From assembly GCA_002633005.1 (NCBI GenBank), contig NMRA01000786.1, forward strand, positions 81,653 through 145,652: DNA of 64,000 nt. Direction: 5' to 3'. Positions 14,895 to 28,640 of the stretch are shown here, piece by piece. Both the position numbers and the translations under genes were made by a program. The DNA comes from Phoronis australis. Taxonomy: Eukaryota > Animalia > Phoronida. Positions within the stretch are counted from its first letter, which is position 1, and the number at the start of each line of letters is the position of its first letter. The notes beneath the pieces were generated by a model. That model ran no database searches. It saw only the letters and a list, made by a program, of their open reading frames with translations, and was not told where the DNA came from.

Positions 14895-15145
14895 CGAACG
14901 TTACGCAGTTATTCGCTTCAACCAAAACAGAATTGTGTGCAGTTACGCTCTAAAAGGGTGTCCAGTACGCACTGCTAATGCTCCAGCACGTACATTTACT
15001 TGCTTCAACCACACTCGTCAGCCTTGCGCTACACTCCCATCAAACACAAACTATGATAGAGAGCAGTTACGCTTTTCGAGGTTTCCAGAACATCCTGCTA
15101 ACGTTCCACCTCGTGCAGTTATATGCTTCAACCACATTCGACTTG
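14895..15145. repeat. Degenerate tandem repeat, ~120-bp period, 2-3 copies
   Basis: gcagttacgct....tccag..c..ctgctaa.g.tcca....gcttcaaccaca.tcg recurs at ~14939 and ~15062; a partial gcttcaacca lies at ~14916. Confidence 0.55.
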
Positions 15146-18100
15146 TATAGACCTAATTTACGCCGACAGGAGGCGCGTTCCAAAACGAGGCTCGTTACGA
15201 TAGCTTTGTTGACTTATGGAGGCACTGAACAGTTCTCATAGGGGTTTGTCTATCAGAACACACGTCAATGGACTCTTCACCCTTTCTTCACTCTGTCAAA
15301 AATTGCATGCAAATGAAGAAAAGTTTGGAGTCACTTCACATCACAAGTCCTACAGATGAGCACAGAAACTTTGTTCTCTCTTGCATTTTTTACCCTTTCA
15401 CTCACAATGGAAACCAAGCTAGACTAAGAAAAAGAAGGGCAAAAAATGCAAAATCCCACTTTTCACCCCAAAACCACCACTTCTCTGCCGATTATCAACT
15501 AAAGCTAACATTAGATTCCAAAAGCAAATCTCCTACCAATTCCAAAAATGTGGTCCACAAGTACTGTCAACCAATTAATTTTTTTGCAAATCTGGCTTGT
15601 TTGAGGGCTACCTGAAATCGCGGCCAATTTCTCAGTTGCTACACAGCAATGCACAATTGCAACAGGGGGCCACCATCTTGAAGAAGAGTGCAGCTACAGC
15701 ACAGAAAGTGGCCTTTTTTAATTCTCAGCATGTTCACAAATACAAACAATCCACATTCACTTGGCCTACATACAATACCTAACTAAAAATGCCCCCAAGC
15801 CTGGCCCATCCCTAGATTTTAATGGTTCCCTGCGTGCCGCTAGGTGGGGCCGTAGCCGCGCCATCACGCAGGTATCACTTAATTTACCCTCCATCACAGT
15901 GCTAAACCACTTTGCGGTATAGGTGGCGCTGTGTCAGAGGGTATCACTTAATTTTCCTAGGGAATTTTTTTACACCGGCGTTTTTTATTGGCTAGTCGAA
16001 TTCTCAAGAGGCAGCGCTTTACGCAAACAAACTGGCATGACTGGTGGACTGAAGTGTAAATGTGGTCTGTTGTGCAGACAAATCAGTGCTTAAAATTTAT
16101 GTTCAGAAAATGTGAAGCCTAGAAATTCTGATTGCGCCTTTTCGGAATGCATCTTTCTACTGCCGATGACTTTTGTTTACGATAGTGTCCTGTATTCATA
16201 CAGTATGAATAACAAACCGGTTAAATCGGCCACATGTGTTTATTGTACATGTATGTGCTTCAAGCACGCGGCTATTAAACATCATTGCAGAGACGAAATA
16301 GTGGATGCAACGCCACTTGCATGACAAGGCTAAAAATCGTTCAAAGTCCGCCATTTTTTCACGTGCTGTAAAGCTAACCAATGACTGCCTAGGTTACATC
16401 GCCGGACCAATGTTAAAGCGCGTGCCACTGCGTGATACCTGCGTGCTAGCTGGGATAAGCACGCAGGGAACCAGCGATATCGGCATTCCGCGTTGCTCAA
16501 ACGTCTAGAAAAAAATACGTACACTCAACAGCCTGTTTTACAATACCTAAAGAAGTTGAGATTTGGAAGCGTTGTTTCGTTGCCATACACCGCAACGAAG
16601 GAAAATGTGTCCGTGTAAAATTTATAAATGTTTTCGAAAAGTTAGATCATATTTTGTCGCATCTCGGTTGCCGAGCATCATAGCAACGACCGTGCATCTC
16701 CGGCCAGCCAGGCTGTTTTTTTTTTCATAACTACGGGTTGAAACGTGATGGACAAACAGGACAGGGCGCTCATCCCTCGATTTTGGGGCCGAGTATCGGC
16801 CCTATTTCCCTCCCAAAAATATTGAAAATTAACGCGATATTCTCGGGCCCCTCACGAGGCCTTAAAATAACCTAGTGAATGAAAATTTCTCTCCGAAGTT
16901 CAAATCACATGTAAACACACAGGTGACGTTTGAAAGAGCACAAAATGCTACTTGAGACAAAGCCTGTGAGAGCTTGCAACAGGGCGTGGGTGCTATTGAT
17001 GGCTATCGGGAGGTATGTAGATTTTTCCCTCACTCGGCCAAAAATTCCCCTCTCAGAAGGCACAGACACCTTTTCCCTCGGATGAATGAGGCCCCTGAAG
17101 AAACATGATAACTATGCTTGCTGTGTCCAGTTTTCTGAAATTGATCCCTAAAACGAAGCTATGCTTTGGACGAACGAATTAGGTGTTTTAATTTTAAAAT
17201 TCCGCTTCGTCCAGATTGATATTTGAAACCTAACACATGAAATAGACGTAAGAATTGAAGGTCAAATAATTCTGATTTTCAATTACGAGACTGTTTTTTA
17301 TTTTAATAAAACATATTTAATAACATTAATTGTTCTTTCTGATCAACTGTTAGCCCCGGTAGTCCCTACCTCACCAGGGCCTAGGCTATGCTTGATGTTA
17401 ACATTCTTAATCAACAAAATTTAATTAAAGCAGATGTGACTAATTGCACATGACAGCAAAATGCGATGAGCCACCACTATCGAATATATCTTCAACTCTT
17501 CAACAGTAAGAGCAGATGATCTGGTTCGTGTAGAAAGCATTTTTATCAACAATTTACAAGAAAATACGTACATGTAACCCTGCATTCAGCATAACACCTA
17601 TCCGGAACTCTACGATCGCCGCAATTTGGTCATATTTACTTTTCATGTTTCGAACCTAGTTTTCCGTAAAAAATTACACTGACACCTTTTCGCCAGACAA
17701 CTCTTTGGGTATTGACATATTCTCTTTAATATATTTTTCTACATCTTTGTGGTTAGTTACCGACACTTTGCCATAAGAAGTGGTCTAGGAAGCGTTGTTT
17801 TAAAAGCATTTTGAGACCTACATCGGTGGGTAATGTGTGTTTCGCTGAAAACCCCGTTACACTCGGTGACAATGTCGTTTGCTTAGATTTTAGTTTTGAC
17901 ATCAAGTCAGGAAATAAGGCGTCCTTGTTATTTACTTTTAAGTTGGCCACTATTACCTGCCGGTGTAGGCTGAATACGAATTTAACTGCTGATAATTGAT
18001 TCAAAAAATGTATGGTTCACGAGAGCTGGAAAACTTCGTAAAAATACTCTAAACAAACTGAGTATTCAATAGGCATCTTGGCTGTTTTATGGGGGCATAC

Positions 18101-21100
18101 AAGGCATACTGGACTGCAGGCAGGAATTTCATGTCTTGCTGATTTGGAACCCCTACCCCTCTTGCCTCCAGTTTCATTTACCACAACCCATCTCAATTCG
18201 CTACAAATTTCAGATACCATCAGGCACGGATGCTGGGGCTCCTGTGAATCAGTCCCAAATAATAGCAAATCCACTGTTCCCTAAAAGTATTGCATATTTG
18301 TAAGTTTTCTGCGTTGAATTCTTAATATCATTGAAAGCAAGTACATGTGTAGGGATCTTTTCATGCAACGCCCCTAATTTAAGACTAAGTGTTTAAATAT
18401 TTTGACTGAATTAAGGGCTCAGTTATTAGTTACATTATTAAAAAACGTCATAAGTCAAACCAGGAGGTCGTAATAAAGATAGAATGACAAAAAAATATAA
18501 AAACTGTGATTAAGAACGAAAAATATGCATGAGCAACTCAGTTGAAAACAGGAAAACCCAGGGTGGGGGGTCAATGGGCTCCGGACCCCCAATTTTTCCT
18601 TGATTTTAAGTGATATCAATGCTAGAATTGTCGACTTGGGCTACCTTTCTTAAAAAAAATTTTGATCCGATCCCCTTCATTAAAAATCTTGGATCTATCC
18701 CTGTTGAGTCGATGTTTGGGACTGTTTCATGTAGCTTGGGCACAGACCTCCCTTCTTGAATCTAGAATGTTGTGAATTTTCGAAAGAAAGACCTGGACCC
18801 GTGTTTGGATGGCGTAAAAGGGCAGTTCTTGGACGTCGACGTAGGAAATATGTGATGAATGGGGGGAGGAGAGACTATTAATTTTTCAATTGTATTTTAT
18901 AACAAAGTTTTTGCATTGAAAGTTTTAATTAATTGTTAATTAATTTATATCAACACATGGAATGTAACATTTTGGTTGAGGGGCGCCCATCATTTTTGTT
19001 CCTGCCTCTTCTTCAACAGATCTGCCTTACGTTTACTACATCCCTAATCTCCTGGACAAAATCCTACAGGTTCTGTACCTGCGCACCCTCCGATAATCTG
19101 CGTTCACCTGCTCACCTCTAATTATTGAGTCACCTACTTGCTTATGACGTATTTCTCGTAATTTATATTACCGTTGCTGCTCAAATTTTTGCTTGATTTA
19201 CTCTATATTTTGCCAGAGTGTGTTTTCCATTGCACTGCTCCTGGTTTTTGTTTTCAAACAAAGACACTTCACTGACAGTTTTGAATTTGACAGACTAAAA
19301 TCGGCCATAGTCAACGAATGGGACTATTCGGAAAATCTACAATAACTAGAGGGCGCGCGTGTACAACTGGTGATAGATTAACAGCCTCGATTTCGTGAGC
19401 CCTTTAAATACAACGTACATGGTGAAATGGCTTGCAGCCGTGCCAACTGAATCTGAGATTGTGTGAAAAGGGTGCTTCTATGATAGGAAGTTAGCACGAT
19501 CTTATACAAAGGTAAGGTTTGTGATTATTTTAACGATTATTCCATGCTTATTCTACACATGCCTGTTAACTGAGGTACTCACCGATGTCGACTTCGCGGC
19601 AGTCGCCAGTCGGGTTAATCTTTGTTTGTTGTGATATGTGATACGATACTTGACGTAGCAATCGGGATCTTTTCGTACATAAAGCATTATTATTGTTCGG
19701 AATGATTTCTAACAGTTTATCAGTGACAGTTACATCAATCAATGCTGAATGTTTATGCTGTCAACTCGATACAGGTTAATGAGTAAAGATTACAATCCAA
19801 GCCCAAAGCGGGGTACATGACAAATATCCATTGCATTAGACTACATGTATTTCTTTACTCCCTATCATATGTCTTCTGGAAATCTATTACAGGTTGAAAT
19901 GGAAATCTATCACGTCTGTTTTCACGTAACCTTTGGTTTTTAGGTTTGAGGGCTTGTACCGTGCAGAGGAGATATGCATCGCTTCTGCACCGTCCCTGAA
20001 TTGACAAAAATTGTTTTTTAGCATTTGACTGCAGCTAATTAACAAACAAGATCTTCCCATCCAGTGCAGATTTTTTGTCAAAGCCTAATTTCAATATTGG
20101 AGGCAACGAACAAAGCCTTTGAAAGGGAATAGCTATTTTTAAAGAAAGGTATGTAAGTCATTTTGTTAATTTTCTTATTCAGGTACTTAGCAGGGGATTG
20201 GCATGGGGGGTTGGGGTTGTAATATTTGGTACAACTGAATGTGTGGAAATAACAGGTACATTGCAATACATGTTTGGGGAAAAGAGCATGGTGAGGTAAT
20301 TCTTAACCTTCATGAAGTCCCTTCAAGGTGATATCTTGAAACTGTTTAGCTACTTGTATCAATTGTAAACCCATGAAAATATATTCCATTTTCTGAATTC
20401 ACAGTGACTGAATAGTCTTAACTCATGCCTTGAAATGTTGCAAGTTGTTATAAATTCAAGTGACTGCCATTTTTGTGAAAATTGCATTTTTGATGGTGCC
20501 TTACGACTTGTAATTACTCCTAAACAACAGAAAGATTAATCATCATTTTTAAATGACCCAAGTCTTCATATCTTCTGTTAGAAGAAAAATTAAGTCTGAT
20601 AAACGGTTCCCTCAATCTTAGACTAGAAGTATTCCTGACAGACCCATGAACCTGTAATCGGAGTTTAAAATTGCTGAAAGTATCAAAATTAAAAAGGCTT
20701 GAAAATGGGTAACAAAGGTTTGAAGTTGTCTCAAAAAGCTTGTATATTTTGTAGACAAGTGATGCGTTTAAAGAATTGTTATGGCTACGAATAAAAAATA
20801 AAGACACAGTTTTAAGCAATACTTATTATATACACCCTTGGTTTCTGAAAATAGCAATTATTTTATTTTATGTGAAACTGTAGAGCAGTCACCATATATT
20901 TTTGAACAACAGGAATAACGTTTTAGACCCAATCTGGAGTACTTAATTATTCACATTTCAATATTTATTCCAGGTTCAGTGATATTTTAAAGCCACTTCA
21001 AGCTGTATCATAGACAAGTTTTGTTACTCCGTTCTCTTCCCACAACACTTCCACACACCAGCAGCGCTGCATGGCACAAGGTACAAGTCAGTGGCCCTGG

Positions 21101-21685
21101 TGAAATGTGAATCGCAGTACTAAGTTACCATAAGACAATGTGCCAGTGGACTGTCTGTGTATTCAGTCGAACTACATGTATATCTGACTGCTACACAAGT
21201 AAGCCTTGTTGGTGAGGATGCCCTTTCAAGGCAATGACTCTTGTGTGGACAATAGCTTATTTCCTTTCCTGGAAGAAAGATGAGGGACTGAAGCTAAAGA
21301 AGACCTAGCGACACTCTAGTATACTTCAAGGGTCTGATTTTGGGCTCAAAACGATTCAAGTGATATGCTGCTGTGTTTACCTTCAAGGGTCTAATTGTGG
21401 ATGTTACTGAGGCTGAATGAGGTTACATGAAAGAAAGCCACGTGTCGAAACTGGACCTTTTTTACAAGCGCTTCTATAGGCTATTGAAACTAGATCCCAG
21501 TGAAATGAAGGCCAGAAGCTGAGTGACATTAAATTTTTCTTTCAGAAGAAAGGCTTTATACTATTGGTAAAAACTTTTCAATTTGGTACACATTATGGGG
21601 AAATGACATTCAGTGACTGCATCGATTGCCTTATTGTTTGTTTTCAATTGAGCTAGCTGGATAAAAATTGTGGTATATCAATGCG

Positions 21686-22355
21686 TGTTGTGGCCGATAA
21701 ATGGCGCGCACGTGGTAATAAGTAAAACAACACACGAATACTTTGACAATAGAATACGTCTATTAATTTGCAGCGTTGTGATTTACAAATTAAAGATTAC
21801 AATAAGTTGTGAGACTGACGACTAACTGATTGAGACAAGATATCGCTACTGGAAAAACTACTAATCAACAGTGCCACTGGTTACCTGTAGCTACCGCACA
21901 CATTAACACAAAACAAGTCACAACAGAACTAACCCTCCAGAACAATCACTAGCCGGTTCAAATTGACTAACAGGCTGAGACCAACGCCCGTGATAAATGT
22001 CTATACCTCAGTTGTTCTTTTTTCCCTTGACTCTTTGGTCACAGAAGTTTTTCGTCTGGCCCCGGCTTCGTCTTAGAAGTTTGAAGTTGTCTTCCAGCTC
22101 TGGAGTCGTGCCCCGAAGTGTGAAGTTTTGACCTAAGGTGGATCCAGTCTGCCCTGGTCTCGAGAGCCAGTGCTTTAAATACTAAACTAAGTGGCATCAC
22201 GGATGGACCCACTCTGTATGTACATATATGTCCATCTCTCTATGACGAGCTGAATATAATGAGCTAACTGACCACGCGATGGACCCACTCTGCATGTACA
22301 TATATGTCCATCACCCAATAACTCAAAATTCTAGCATACATTGTAGCTGCCACTA
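21686..22355. mobile_element. Possible solo LTR with an internal ~35-bp direct duplication
   Basis: Starts tgttgtggc and ends near gccacta. Contains two copies of gatggacccactctg(t/c)atgtacatatatgtccatc (~22202 and ~22279). No clean TSD. Confidence 0.3.
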
Positions 22356-23023
22356 TTCCTGTATTATTGTATAACTGCCTCTATTCCTGGGTTTTCAACA
22401 TCAGAGTACTATTCCTGGATTTAACTACCTCAGAGATAGCATATCCCCTGAAATTTATTGCACATGGAGGGCATAGCCTTGTTATATTACAGAATCTGCT
22501 GTGCACAAGATTCGAAAATAAACAATTATCAGTGTATTTAAAAACAAATGGCAAACTGAAAAAGCACAGAAAGAAACAACATTGCGACGGCGTCCATAAT
22601 CAGGCATATCAAGTGCTAATATCTGAATTACATGTATGTTCAATTCTCTCAGGTTGTTGCTGAAGGATTGCTTTTCACTTTGTCCAAAGGTAAAATAAAT
22701 GGTCGGGCGGTTGGTTTCAGTTGTTTTTGCTCACCTGTAACATAATAGTCGGAGAAATATTAGCAAATTGTAAAGGAAAAGACAAGACAAAACTACTTTT
22801 GTAAGGCAGAACGTACTTGACGTTTCAGCTTCATGTTTATGTGTAGAAACTAATAACCTTTGTACCCAAGTCTTATTTAATATCTGAATTAAAATATGTG
22901 AAACAGGCTAAAAGTGATTTAACAATGTGTATTTTTCATGACACTTAAAATTTGATCTCAACAAGTAAAGTTCATTCTAGGTGTCAATTTTTCTTCCAAT
23001 ACAATGTTACGACAGTTACTGAA

Positions 23024-23553
23024 TTAAGGCTTATTCATGTTGATTCGATAACTGATCTGGTAGTCCTGGGGGGGTGGAGTCAGCGATAAAATAAGGAAAC
23101 TCACACATCTAGAGAATTTTATTGGAAACAGCATAGTTTTGAAGAGAAACTGCTGTGCAAAAGTCACCCTTGACTTCTGTGCATCACGTACCATACACCT
23201 CTTATTTTGGGAGCACTCCACCCAGGACAATATGAATATGTGCTGCTAGCCTACCCGGCATCGGGTGAGTTTCCTACAAGAAACACTAGTTCCACTCAAT
23301 AAACCTGTTATTCAGTGGGGTAACCGGTGGGGATAACATCACCAAACGATGTTGATAGAAACTTGATTGCTAAAAACTTACCAAGTAATGTTGTGTAGTC
23401 TCCGAATGGAACTCCATAGTCATAGAGCACACACGGGGCTTCAGCATCCACACACTTTTTGTCAGTTAGTTGACCCTTTTGACCGCAATTGTCCACGAAT
23501 ATAGTAACCTTAGGTCTTTTGGGAATTTGTGGCCACCTGTCAAAGACTTGCAC
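23024..23553 (-). pseudogene. Possible decayed coding sequence of unknown family
   Basis: An 81-aa ORF (23308-23553) appears to continue in a shifted frame as protein-like sequence broken by several stops. It lies just downstream of the inverted promoter-like copy at 23.7 kb. Confidence 0.3.
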
Positions 23554-23641
23554 CAGGGAAATTAGCAGTAATAAGGCTTAGTGCGACGACGTATTTTGAT
23601 AATAATTCCATCTTTTATTAGTTGTTTACATGCAGACAGCC

Positions 23642-23809
23642 ACGCATGCGCAATTCAATCACCACAGTGCTCAGCGACACCGCGAGGAGAATTCTCCGAA
23701 TAGCCCCATTGCGTGGGAGCGGGACAATGTCAACGAGCCAATCCAGGTATGCAGCAAGGACATCTGTTGTCGAAAATCATGATTCTATTTTTGGAGTGCA
23801 GGGATTCCC
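23642..23809 (-). promoter_or_regulatory. Promoter-like module, inverted partial copy of 29325-29414
   Basis: 23715-23748 is the exact reverse complement of 29372-29405. It includes a CCAAT box, with acgcatgcgc (NRF1-like) at 23642 and gggattccc (NF-kB-like) at 23801. Confidence 0.5.
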
Positions 23810-23891
23810 AAACACTCTTCTACAAAGAAGATACGAAAGACAAAAGCGCGCGGCTACCAAAATTTGATCAGCTGGACGTTAAGACTTATTT

Positions 23892-24868
23892 NNNNNNNNN
23901 NNNNNNNNNNNNNNNNNNNNNNNNNNNNNNNNNNNNNNNNNNNNNNNNNNNNNNNNNNNNNNNNNNNNNNNNNNNNNNNNNNNNNNNNNNNNNNNNNNNN
24001 NNNNNNNNNNNNNNNNNNNNNNNNNNNNNNNNNNNNNNNNNNNNNNNNNNNNNNNNNNNNNNNNNNNNNNNNNNNNNNNNNNNNNNNNNNNNNNNNNNNN
24101 NNNNNNNNNNNNNNNNNNNNNNNNNNNNNNNNNNNNNNNNNNNNNNNNNNNNNNNNNNNNNNNNNNNNNNNNNNNNNNNNNNNNNNNNNNNNNNNNNNNN
24201 NNNNNNNNNNNNNNNNNNNNNNNNNNNNNNNNNNNNNNNNNNNNNNNNNNNNNNNNNNNNNNNNNNNNNNNNNNNNNNNNNNNNNNNNNNNNNNNNNNNN
24301 NNNNNNNNNNNNNNNNNNNNNNNNNNNNNNNNNNNNNNNNNNNNNNNNNNNNNNNNNNNNNNNNNNNNNNNNNNNNNNNNNNNNNNNNNNNNNNNNNNNN
24401 NNNNNNNNNNNNNNNNNNNNNNNNNNNNNNNNNNNNNNNNNNNNNNNNNNNNNNNNNNNNNNNNNNNNNNNNNNNNNNNNNNNNNNNNNNNNNNNNNNNN
24501 NNNNNNNNNNNNNNNNNNNNNNNNNNNNNNNNNNNNNNNNNNNNNNNNNNNNNNNNNNNNNNNNNNNNNNNNNNNNNNNNNNNNNNNNNNNNNNNNNNNN
24601 NNNNNNNNNNNNNNNNNNNNNNNNNNNNNNNNNNNNNNNNNNNNNNNNNNNNNNNNNNNNNNNNNNNNNNNNNNNNNNNNNNNNNNNNNNNNNNNNNNNN
24701 NNNNNNNNNNNNNNNNNNNNNNNNNNNNNNNNNNNNNNNNNNNNNNNNNNNNNNNNNNNNNNNNNNNNNNNNNNNNNNNNNNNNNNNNNNNNNNNNNNNN
24801 NNNNNNNNNNNNNNNNNNNNNNNNNNNNNNNNNNNNNNNNNNNNNNNNNNNNNNNNNNNNNNNNNNNN
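23892..24868. other. Assembly gap (977 N)
   Basis: Run of N. Confidence 1.
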
Positions 24869-25289
24869 TTGCTTTAGTCTGAAGTTTCTGATTTTAACTT
24901 AATATCATACCTAGCTTTGCTAATGGTAAAACAAATTCACTAGCTACATTTTCCATAGTCATCTTTTATCCAACTACCGTTTCGACCACAATACATATTA
25001 TATCACTGAGAAAAGATGTCAGAGACACTTCACAACGACTAACTAGGAGCAAGTATGTGTTGAAAAATATATATTTGTTGATATGCCAATATCAGAATAA
25101 CATTCAGCTCATGTCATGGACAAGGTAATGATTTCAATTGCAGGAGCGTCCCCTGCTGCTCATCACTTTCAAAATATTCTCACTAAAGAACCATGAATTT
25201 ATTAGGTTTGCAAAAATGATCACACTTAACCAATCTTGGGATATTGCCGGCATTGTAAGACGATGCTCAACACTTAGCTTGAAGCCAAG

Positions 25290-25750
25290 TCGCATTTGGC
25301 TACTTGCTGAAAATCCCAGGTCGCCAAATGAAATCTGACGTCGTCCAAAACTGATGTTTGTCATCAGAATAGTTGGCTAAAAAGGTTATGCTATACTCCT
25401 TTACTGGGAACTTACGTCGCATACCCAGAATGTAGGTGATCATATACACTGTAGGCGCTAGTTTAACTCATCTTGCATGATTATCGCCAACTTCCACCTG
25501 TGTACTTCCTGATGTAATTTTAATGCAGTTTGACAAGTGCTAACTGCTGTCGGTGGTGGCAAATGCACCAATTTCATGAAATAAACAGAACAATTGTAAA
25601 CAAAGGTATCAAATCTAAGAAAACTGCTGGTAACTTAAAATTTAGGAGTCAACACAAACTTTGAAACAAATTTCGAGGGAATTGTCTGACTTTGATACTC
25701 GCAGTGGTGACTTCATGGCGACTTGGGATTTTTCCGAGGTGACCAAACAC
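25290..25750. repeat. Inverted-repeat remnant (old MITE)
   Basis: aaaatcccaggtcgccaaatgaaatc (~25310-25336) pairs with gacttcatggcgacttgggatttt (~25709-25733). Confidence 0.45.
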
Positions 25751-26299
25751 AATCTGTAGTTCACTAAATCAAGCACTGCAAGACATAATTGTCAGAGGTA
25801 ATGTTAATGATGCTCTATACGTAATAATCATAAAGCATTTTGGTTATGTAGGACCCTGTCAAAATGTCCAATTTTGTCCATCCTTGGGACATCTTACAAG
25901 ATGCTGATTGGATTCACGTGAAACTTTCACAGAATATACTTTATAAACTAATCCCCAACATGTCGTTAGAAATGTTTTTTAAAATGTTCCACATTTGCGT
26001 GAGGGCCTACCACAAAGAAGGAATAGCATAAATTTCATGAATTTCTTACATTGCATAAAACAAAAATGAGACGGTAATTTAGCAAACTGTAACAGCATTT
26101 TTGAGATTTACCTTGAACATTATGTTATACAACACGAAGTAAAATTCTAAAGTTTTGTAAATATTTGACTTAATGTGCAGACTTGTCAATAAAGTACTAC
26201 ATAACCTTTAAGCACATCATATGGCAAACGTCATCAATAAACAAGACTTACGAATTATACACCCTACTACATTTCAATAATTCTATTATAGACACCAGA

Positions 26300-27800
26300 C
26301 TACTTTGTATGCCCATCCTCTGTTTTAGTATTTGTCACGACAAATGCTGGATATGAAGTGATGGCTGGTACACGAAAATGAAAACATGGCATCCTTGCAG
26401 AAGGCTCTATCGGTCCTGAGACAGCACAATGAAGAATGGAATCCAAGATGTTTTGTGGTTGATGCATCTGAAATAGAAACTCCAGCAATTAAAACTGTGT
26501 AAATGTGTTTTCAGGTACTTACTTACTTTACACAGCAGTAATGACATTACTGAACTGGTAAATGTTTTGTAACAGCCTCAATTTAATGCCTATAGCATTC
26601 AACATTTTCCGTTAAACAGCTTGGTCACAACGCACTGCTGTTCTCCGAATACAATATATAGATTTCACCGCCAATCTTAGGCATTGCATAAAACCCCATT
26701 AGGTTCAAAGTTACTAACTAAAAATTAAACCACTTGCTGCTTTTTCCTCCCAATGTCAGAATTTTAATTCTTAGTAGTTAAAACTACTAAGCTTGGGAGA
26801 TATGAAATTTTGTTATTACTAGAAACCCTTCATGTTGCTTTTCAGATGAAATGACAACGTAGCGCACCATACAGGAGAAACAGTTCCCTTTAAAATCTGA
26901 CTTATATTTGAAAATTTGCACTCGCATTACCTAATTTGGACTCTTAAAAATGACCAAAAAAACTAACTAGGCGTTGGTGGGGGTGGTCCCAATTTTACTT
27001 TTTCTGTTCTTTTTTCAAGCATGTCACTTGTTACAGCCAGCGAATATACATGTTTGTTAGAGAGCACAGATTTAACATTCGTATGTGCAACAAGTCTTAC
27101 TACAATTTCAAAGACCACTCTCGTTTACAGTGATATCCTTTCTAAAGCTCTAGTAAGGTGAGTGAAAGACTAATTTCACAGCAAAAAGTCGATGAACAAA
27201 AAATTCATTTGTAACACCAAACATGGGTTGCAAAGCCCCTTGAACTACGTACTTGTTAACTTTCTCTATGTGAGGGCAGAGATCTTTCTTTGTGACTTTC
27301 ACAGGGAAGAGGCCTGGTACGGCTGGGTATCCTCCTACATTAACAGAGTGGTGGCACATCAGGACGAAATTCTTACTGCTTACTTCCGTTCGAGTAAGGC
27401 GACAACACTGAAAATGCCCATGGTCTTCATGAATTTAAGTAAGCTTGTCCGCTGCATGAGGACTCATCCTTAAAATGATATCACAAAACAAAACCTTAAA
27501 GTTTCAAAATATAAAAGACAACCAGTTAAAATCATGATAGTCAATGGTTGCAGAATCAAAGACAAACTGTCATATGTGTCATGGGCGGCGCAGCCCCCCA
27601 TCCCCCTTGTGGTACACCGTCCACAGACCATGCCCCCCCCCCCCAGCCCCCTATGGTGCGCCGTCCATGTGTGTTATGTTCCAGAAGGCAGAATCGGTTT
27701 CCACTGAGCTACAAGTGGGTACATTGAGTCAAGAAGACTGCAAGAAGTAACATGGAGTAAAGAAAGCGTTGCATACAAAAGGAACAAATTGAATGCAAGT
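26300..27800 (+). mobile_element. MULE/Mutator transposase remnant (intron-containing, decayed)
   Basis: VFVTTNAGYEVMAG..SLQKALSVLRQHNEEWNPRCFVVDASEIETPAIKTV (~26328-26500) and IFLCDFHREEAWYGWV (~27280-27330), i.e. the MULE second-Asp region and the CxxH motif. Confidence 0.7.
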
Positions 27801-28640
27801 CACATACTAGTAGCTGTGACTCAATCAATTCCATTTTGATGGAGTACTGTGGGTTTACTTTCAGAGAATAATTTGATCAACTTTGTGAAAAATATTTTCT
27901 TCCTAGGAAAATAATTCGTAAGACATCAATTGTTAGGTCTCACTTACACTTTCAATGCATACATCAACATCAACATCAATTATGGGTGAATTGTACTTTG
28001 ATCATAACTTCTAAAATATTTTTGTTAGCCAATTAGATGTTGAGTGAGTCATGGACATAGGCTCTGAGTTTCTAAGATTAAACTGTTTCTTATGGCGAAG
28101 ATATCAATTCAGAATAATTAAGCTGTAATTGGTACTTTGCAATTGACTCAAAATTAAATTAGAGCAATGCAACATCTATTGTTTTTTAATCAAAATACAT
28201 CGATTTGGCCTTTTGCACAAGATCATCATCACAGAGACGTCTACGCTGGGAATTTACACTCTTTATGATCTTAACTTTTAAACAAATTGAATATCTTGAA
28301 AGATATGAAACAATATCATAACTAGTGAGTAAATATGGCCATTATAAAGATGAAATGTGTAATATTTAAAAATGATCACTAGAATGACAATGAAACTTAA
28401 TTATTTTTTAACTTAGGAATTGCCCTAAAATTGCACATTCAGATATGTCACCAGTTAATTGTGCACCTGTGAATAACTTACACATGGCAATTCAACATTT
28501 TCATATACTTACCTGTATTGTTCACTTCATCTTTCATTCGAGCTTGTGTCATCTATCGGGAAGCGCAACGCCATCAAAAAATTCCATGCAAATGACCTGA
28601 AATTTTTGAAAAACACTTCTGAATTACCAGACAACTAGTT

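Noticed and set aside
19290-21540. Possible decayed gene or TE (exon-like patches)
   Set aside because: No sustained frame or recognisable motif, so no call can be supported.
23713-24882. 389-aa and 337-aa ORFs
   Set aside because: They run through the N gap and are artefacts; only ~59 codons are real sequence and have no recognisable motif.
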